DNA of 63,769 nt, filler included, from Hyphochytrium catenoides (Eukaryota > Protista > Hyphochytriomycota), in the NCBI GenBank assembly GCA_900088475.1. It is 11 parts of 11 records of this genome, joined end to end, with 100 filler letters (N's around TTAATTAATTAA, not from the genome) between each part and the next. Parts side by side here need not be neighbours in the genome. Positions count along the whole stretch, not along the records: positions 56,611 to 58,100 come from FLMG01001526.1; positions 58,201 to 62,483 come from FLMG01000360.1; positions 62,584 to 63,769 come from FLMG01000035.1; 8 more parts are not named here. One strand, given 5' to 3'. Position 1 is the first letter of the stretch; each line of letters starts with the position of its first letter. The notes beneath the pieces are model-generated. The model did not search any database. It had not been told where the DNA came from and saw only the letters and a list, made by a program, of their open reading frames with translations. Shown one piece after another: positions 57,612 to 63,769 of the stretch. A program made the position numbers and the translations under genes.

Positions 57612-58200
57612 TGATGAAACAGAGAGAGAGACAGAGAGACACACACACAGAGGGAGAGAGAGAGAGAGAGAGAGGAGAGAAAGAGAGACAGATGGAGTCA
57701 ACAATTGATCATGGTAAGAGAGAAAGAGAAAGAGAGCCAATGTTAGAGTGGCGGATGTGATAAAAAGAGAGAGGAAAAGAAAAGAGTCAACGGTGGATAA
57801 TGAAGAGAGAACGAGAGAGGGTATAGGAGTATGAGAGAGAGAGAGCCAGAAAGGGAGAGAACCGAGAAGGAAGAGAGAGTCGAGAGCAAGCATGCACAGA
57901 GCAAGTAAACCTAACAGAAGAGGAGCACAGCGGCGGAATGGAACACCGGCAATTTTGCCGGGAGCCGAACTCTAGCGTGAGCGTGTATGAGAAGAGAGAC
58001 AGCGATTGAAAGAGAGAGCAAACGAAGAGAGAGAAAGGGAAAAGGAATGAGAAAAAAGCGCAAGGGAAAGTGAATGTGAAAAGAGAGAGAGAGAGAGAGA
58101 NNNNNNNNNNNNNNNNNNNNNNNNNNNNNNNNNNNNNNNNNNNNTTAATTAATTAANNNNNNNNNNNNNNNNNNNNNNNNNNNNNNNNNNNNNNNNNNNN

Positions 58201-58463
58201 ATAGGGGCACTGCCTTGTAAGTAGTTCCCAGCAGATAATAGCAAAAGAGAAGATGTCAGCCTTCTCCGTGTACCGCTGAGCTGCCAGCACCTCCGGGCTG
58301 AGTGGCATAGAAGGATTAGGGGGAGAGAGAGACATGGAGAGAAGTGAAAAAAGAAAAAGAGAAGAAAGATGAGGAGAGCGAAAGGGGTCAACAGAGAGAG
58401 AGAGACGCACAGAAGAGAGAAAGTGAACGATGTGTGTGTGTGTGAGAGAGACTGAGAGAGACA

Positions 58464-58521
<58 letters not shown>

Positions 58522-59560
58522 AGTTCGGGCTAGAGAAGAGGAAAGCAAGGGGGAGAGCAAACGTGACCATTGAAAGGGCGAAGAGCATTGAAGCGAGAGA
58601 AAGATAGAGCGGGAGATCCGCAGCGAGAAAAAAGAGCGGAGAGATCGGCAGGGAAGGGAGAGAAAGAGAGCACAAAAGAGGCAGAGTTGGAGAGAGAGAG
58701 AGAGAGAGAGAGAGAAAGTCTTACGCCATCCACTGCAAGGTCCCCACATTCCCGGTCATCGTAGCTGTCTGCGCCTTCAATCGCGCCAGGCCGAAGTCTG
58801 AGATTTTGACTTTGTAGCCCGCGTCCACCAGCAGATTTGGCGTCTTGAGATCCCGCTAAGAGGAAGAGAGAAGGACAGCAGGAGAGAGAGAGAGAGAGAA
58901 TCAGAGCCAAAGAGAGAGCCAGAGAGAGAGAGAAAAAAGAGAGAGAGAAAAGAGAGAAGGATGGGAGGAGGAGAGATGAGAGAATGACAGAAAGAGAAAG
59001 AGGGACGGAGGAGAGAAACTAGAATGACTTAAGAAAACGGGGGACAGAGGAGAGAGAGACAGAAAGAGAGAAAGAGCAGAGAAAACGAGGAGAGAGAGAA
59101 AGAGTGAGAGAACGAAAGAAAGAGAGTGAAAGAGAGACGGAGAACTTACGTGAAGTATAGGAGGATTTAATGTGTGAAGATAATTCATCCCCATCGCTGT
59201 GTCTCTGATCATCCTATAAAGACACGAAAGTGAAGAAAACGGGGAAAGGAAGGGAGAGACAGAGAGAGAAAGAGACAAAGATGTGGGAGAACCAAAAGAT
59301 TGAGAGAGAAAAGGGAGAGATGTGTGTGCCAACGAGCAAGCTGGAAAGATAATAAGATGGACAAGAAGCATAATGCACACTGGTTCTGGAGAGAGTGCGA
59401 GAGAGAGAGAGAGGACAAGAGAAAGGAAGTAAATGGCAAGAGAGAGAAGCGTAAGAGACAAGAAAGCAAGAAAGAGTGAAAGGAGAAAGGTAACATAGGA
59501 GAGGGTAGCAAGGGAAACTAGCCAATGAATAAAAAGGGAAGAGAACGAAGAGAAGAGAGA

Positions 59561-59608
<48 letters not shown>

Positions 59609-60766
59609 CTGCTCGGCCCTGTTCCACTCACTGTGTGATCAGCTGCAAGGGGAAGGGAAGAGGCTGCCGGAGGAGGTGCCAGAGCGAACCGAGAGAGTAG
59701 AATTCTGTCACGAGACAGAAGTGAGGAGGACGCGTGGAAGCGCCCATGAAGAGACAGATGTTCGGGTGCCTGTGACAGGAAGAGAGAGGAAAGAGAGAGA
59801 GAGAGACAAAGAAAGAGAGAAAGAGAGAAGGAAGAGGAAGGTATAGTTACGTTTCTGCTAGCATGAGAGCCGGAGACCACAGAAAGAAAAAGTGAGAGAG
59901 ACGGAAGAGAGAACCAGAAAGAGAGGACGAAAGACAAGAGAAAACGTGAGAGATAAAAATAATGGGAGAAAGAAATCTGCATGAGAGAGAGAGAAGAGAA
60001 AACTAGAGCAGAAGCGCGAGTGAGTGAGCAATCAAGAGAGTGATGAAAAGAGAGAAACACAAAGAGAGACGGGAAAACAAAAAATTAACGGTGTCACACA
60101 AAATGAGGAAGCTGAGAATGGAAAGGAAGAGGAGAAGAAAGAAGAAAAGATAAAAGAAGCTACCGAGACAGGAGAAACAAGAAAGAGAGAGAGGGAGAGA
60201 AAGGAGGGGAAAATAAGAGAGCGAAGAGGGACAGAATAGAGAAGGAAGAGAGAGAAGAAAGGGACCAGAGATAAGAAAGGGAAGAGAGAGAGAAAAAGAA
60301 GCAGAGGAGAACAACGATTGAAAGAGAGGAAACCCATAAAATGAGGGCCGAAGACAGACCAAGAGAGGAAAAGGTAGCAACCAGAAGAGAGAGAAATGGT
60401 GGGGTGGAGCAGCGGAGAAAACGATAGAAACGAGGGAGAGAGCGAGAGAGAGAGGGAGAGAGAGAGAGACCTCAGGGATCTCATGATGGCGACTTCCTCC
60501 AAGAAGTCTTGCATACAGTCCTCAGAGAGCCGCTGGCAAAGCAACATCTTCACCGCCACCGGAGTTCCGTGGTAGGTCGCCTGGTAGACCACGCCAAAGG
60601 CCTAAAGCGCGAAGAGAGAAACAGAGAAAGAGAGAGGAGGAGAGAGATTAAGAGAGACAAAGAAAGAGGGAGAGAAAGAGAGAAGAAAACGGGAGAGAGA
60701 AAAAGAAAGAAAGGAAGATTGCGCGAAAGGAAAAAAGAAAGAGAGAGGGAATCACTAATGGACCAT

Positions 60767-60817
<51 letters not shown>

Positions 60818-61981
60818 AAAGAGAGAGAGTCCCCCAGAACTAGGTAGGAGAAAGAGCCTTACCCCTTGACCAATGACTCTTCCCATTATCAGCTGTTGAG
60901 GATTGATTTCATAGTCTCTCTCTTTACTATTCGGTGGACTTCTCTCTCTCTCTGAGGGAGAAAGAGGCTGGCCTAGATTGCCCTGTGGAGGCGGAGGAGG
61001 TGGAGGAGATAGAGGAGGAGGGAGAGACGGAGACAGAGGGAGAAGAGGAACAGGCTTCTCTCTTCTCTCTTCTTTGATTGTTGGATTCTGGTTAACTTTC
61101 TCTTTGTCCTCTTTCCCTCTCCTCTCTCCGGAACCTTTCTCTCCTGAAGGCGGTGTGTTCTTTCTCTTAAAGAGAGGAGACTGACTGAAGAGAGGAATCT
61201 TTGCCGCCTGAGCGACCTGAAGCTGGACAATGGAAGGCCCGCGGTGAAATCCTCGAGGAAGAGTGGGAGCATTTTCAGGGTCAGTCTCTCGAGGAGAGAA
61301 AGGTGGAGAGGGGTCAGGAGAGAGGGGCATAGATTGTCTCTCTCCTCTTCTGTTGTCAGGGGAAAGGACAGGAGAAAGACCAGGAGAGGGAGAGAGTAAA
61401 GGGCGAGGAGAGAGAGAAGAGTTTGTCTCTCCTTCTCGCAGAGGAGGTTGGGATGGCGACAGTGCTCTTATAGCTGGGAGAGGGGCCACCGGCGCGGCGG
61501 CATAGGGAGAAGGAAGAGGAGAAAAAGGAAGATTGTAAGGTGAGGGTGAGAGAAGACTTTCTCTTTCTCTCTCTCTTGCTAGTCCCGTCTGCTGCTGCTG
61601 TTGAGGCCTTGGCCCTATCGCATAAAACTGAACAGGAGGGGGAGGGAGGGGAGGAGAAAGGAGTGGAGGAGGAGGAGGAAGAGCAGGAGAAGGAGAGGGA
61701 GAGAAAGGGAGGATGTTATTCTTTGAAGGTCCTGTGGGGCGAGGAAGGTGAGCGATGTGTGTCGCTTGAGGAGGAAACAGCCGAGACGTGTCGGGGTTGA
61801 GATACTTTCTTCCCTCCGGATAGGGGAGAGAGGCGTCTCTCTCTTCTCCTCTCTCTTCTCTCTCTATTTTCCACTGCTTGCTCTTCACTCCTGTCCTCGT
61901 ACATAACTTATAATAGAGGAAGATGGCAAGAGAGACTGCCCCGGTGGCTTGCACCAGAAGAAAGGCGCTGTCTCCCTCCAT
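58201..61981 (-). CDS. TKL (Raf-like/MAP3K) protein kinase with an N-terminal TM helix and Pro-rich linker; 3'-truncated
   Basis: Exons: IGQG/AFGVVY..VAVK, RHPNICLFMGA, GMNYLH..PPILH/RDLKTPNLLVD..DFGLAR..VGTLQWM/SPEVL..YTEKADIFSFAII. Confidence 0.88.
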
Positions 61982-62171
61982 CCCTTTCCTGCTAGACTCT
62001 TTCTTTCCCTGCTAGCCGGCTGCTGGGGCCATTGTCCTGTCCTTTCTCCTCTACGAAAGAGAAGAGAGAAGGCAGCGGATCTACTTGGCAGCTAGCAGAC
62101 TCAAGTAGGAAGACCTCTCGTAGAGCGTCAGCAGTCTGATTGTCTTGGACTCTCTCTCTTTCTCCTTTTCT

Positions 62172-62210
<39 letters not shown>

Positions 62211-63055
62211 TCTCTCCTTTCTATTCTTGGGGGCCTGAAGTGGTCCTGGCCTTTCTAATAAAGAACCCCTAGAGCTGAAGGTTGCCAGGTCACCAACAGT
62301 TTTTCCCTTCCTGCCACTGAGTCGATCAACATGAGCCGAACGGGTCCACCACGCTTCCTTCTTCGTTCCTCTCTCTCTCTCTCTCAACCCCCTCGATCTC
62401 TACTCTTCCATTTGCTGCAGGAGAGAGAAAGCGAGAGGAGAGAAAAAGGTAAAAACGCAGAGAGAGAGAGAGAGAGAGAGAGANNNNNNNNNNNNNNNNN
62501 NNNNNNNNNNNNNNNNNNNNNNNNNNNTTAATTAATTAANNNNNNNNNNNNNNNNNNNNNNNNNNNNNNNNNNNNNNNNNNNNAGAAGTAAAGGCGTATC
62601 CTACGTCACAGACAGGCAGAGATGAGAATTAGGAGATCAGGGAGAAGAAAGTAAGCTAGGAGCCAGCAACGCAGATAATGTTGCAGAGCTTTGTGAAGGG
62701 AGGGTGCTAACAGAGACCCAAATGGCACCGACAAAGACAGCCGAGGACAAAAACAAGCACGAGGAGGATATGCTCCGCAAAAAAGAGCAAAGGCCCTGCT
62801 TCAGGAGCTGCCATTAAGAGAGACGAGAGGAGATCAAGTACAAGAGAAATAAGATAAAGTCAAAAGCTTAGTTTGCCGCGGTGCCAAGCATTCAGAGAGA
62901 GATTATCGGTACCGGTAGTGCCTCATTGAATAAGTAGGCGTTAAAGATCTGAGGAAGACGGGTCTCTCTCTTTGACTCTTCCTCTAAACCGTCCAGATAA
63001 TGACAGGTCATAAGAGCAGGTAGGAGGAGGGATGAGGTCAGTCCTTGTCTCATAC

Positions 63056-63378
63056 TTCGGAATAGCACTCCGGCCCACTACCTAGTTGTAAAGGTCTCCA
63101 CACTAGAGATGAGATAGCCAGCATCTTGGAGAGCAGAAGGGAGCAGCTCGTGATGAATTGGTGCATTGGACCATGGACGCTCCTGGGGTCCACTTCCCAT
63201 CTCGCAGCTCTCAACGCCTGCGATAAGCGAGGGAGCATTAGCTTACAATTACAAGAGCTTAAGCCTTGGTGATTTTTTAAGCAGAGGAGGAAGACATCGA
63301 GGCAAAAGCTGAAGGAACACCTAACCTTCTGAGAGAAAGAGACGGAGAGCAGTGCGTAAGCGTGAGTACGGAGAAAGT

Positions 63379-63444
<66 letters not shown>

Positions 63445-63626
63445 GAGAGAGAGAGAGAGCAGCAGACCTTGTATTCTTCGCTGTTAGCGATTAGACCCCA
63501 GAGACGGGGTACCCCAACTCTCTGGAAACGCTGCACAAGGCGTTCGCTGAACCATTCAGCGACAACGGTCTGGAAGACGAGGGAAATAGACACGAGATAA
63601 ATAATAGCTTTTGGAGTATCCATAGA
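63056..63626 (-). CDS. Internal exons of an unidentified, probably membrane, protein
   Basis: Two hydrophobic open segments (MDTPKAIIYLVSISLVF...SEEYK; MLPRLSQAL...ECYSE), each ending at a GT donor and separated by a TC-rich intron. Boundaries are approximate. Confidence 0.4.
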
Positions 63627-63769
63627 CCGGTAAGGAACAATGTGCAAAAGTTAGCTGACAGGTACCAGCCGAAGAAGGGCAAGGGTAAGTTGGATCTCTG
63701 TCTTTCCGCGCTCTCTCTATCCCGGGGCAGAGCGCCAGCGTCGACGAGGGGATCTACCTGTAAGCCCTG

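Noticed and set aside
17810-62583. Recurring TTAATTAATTAA palindrome as a biological repeat or recombination site
   Set aside because: It always sits inside exactly 44N+44N, so it is a concatenation linker. Cross-linker gene neighbourhoods are meaningless.

Overview
This is eukaryotic DNA, and it is not one locus. It is 11 scaffold pieces joined by ten artificial 100-bp linkers (44N-TTAATTAATTAA-44N), so gene neighbourhoods only mean something within a piece. The source appears to be an intron-rich, (GA/TC)n-rich protist with a motile flagellum (CFAP44); the lineage cannot be assigned from sequence alone. Multi-exon nuclear genes reconstructed by hand: a TMEM131-like protein, an mRNA cap guanine-N7 methyltransferase with two N-terminal WW-like domains, a protein ending in an eIF5A-like C-terminal domain, a cyclic-nucleotide-binding K+ channel, PIG-M, an 18-exon class II (adenosylcobalamin-dependent) ribonucleotide reductase with a mitochondrial-type presequence, a catalytically degenerate alpha/beta hydrolase, CFAP44 and a membrane TKL kinase. 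Intronless genes: a Tet(X)-family flavin monooxygenase, PDK1 and a secreted subtilisin. Mobile DNA: a rearranged chromovirus (Ty3/Gypsy) with a ~565-bp internal inverted duplication, nested in an older LTR element, and a TTAA-flanked MITE. One piece is mitochondrial (rns 3' end, trnfM, rps12, trnW(CCA), trnN, nad5). The best candidate for a new system is the spliced, apparently mitochondrion-targeted B12-dependent RNR. Next are the WW-WW-cap methyltransferase fusion and the hairpin-forming retroelement. Exon models were read by eye and no database searches were run.
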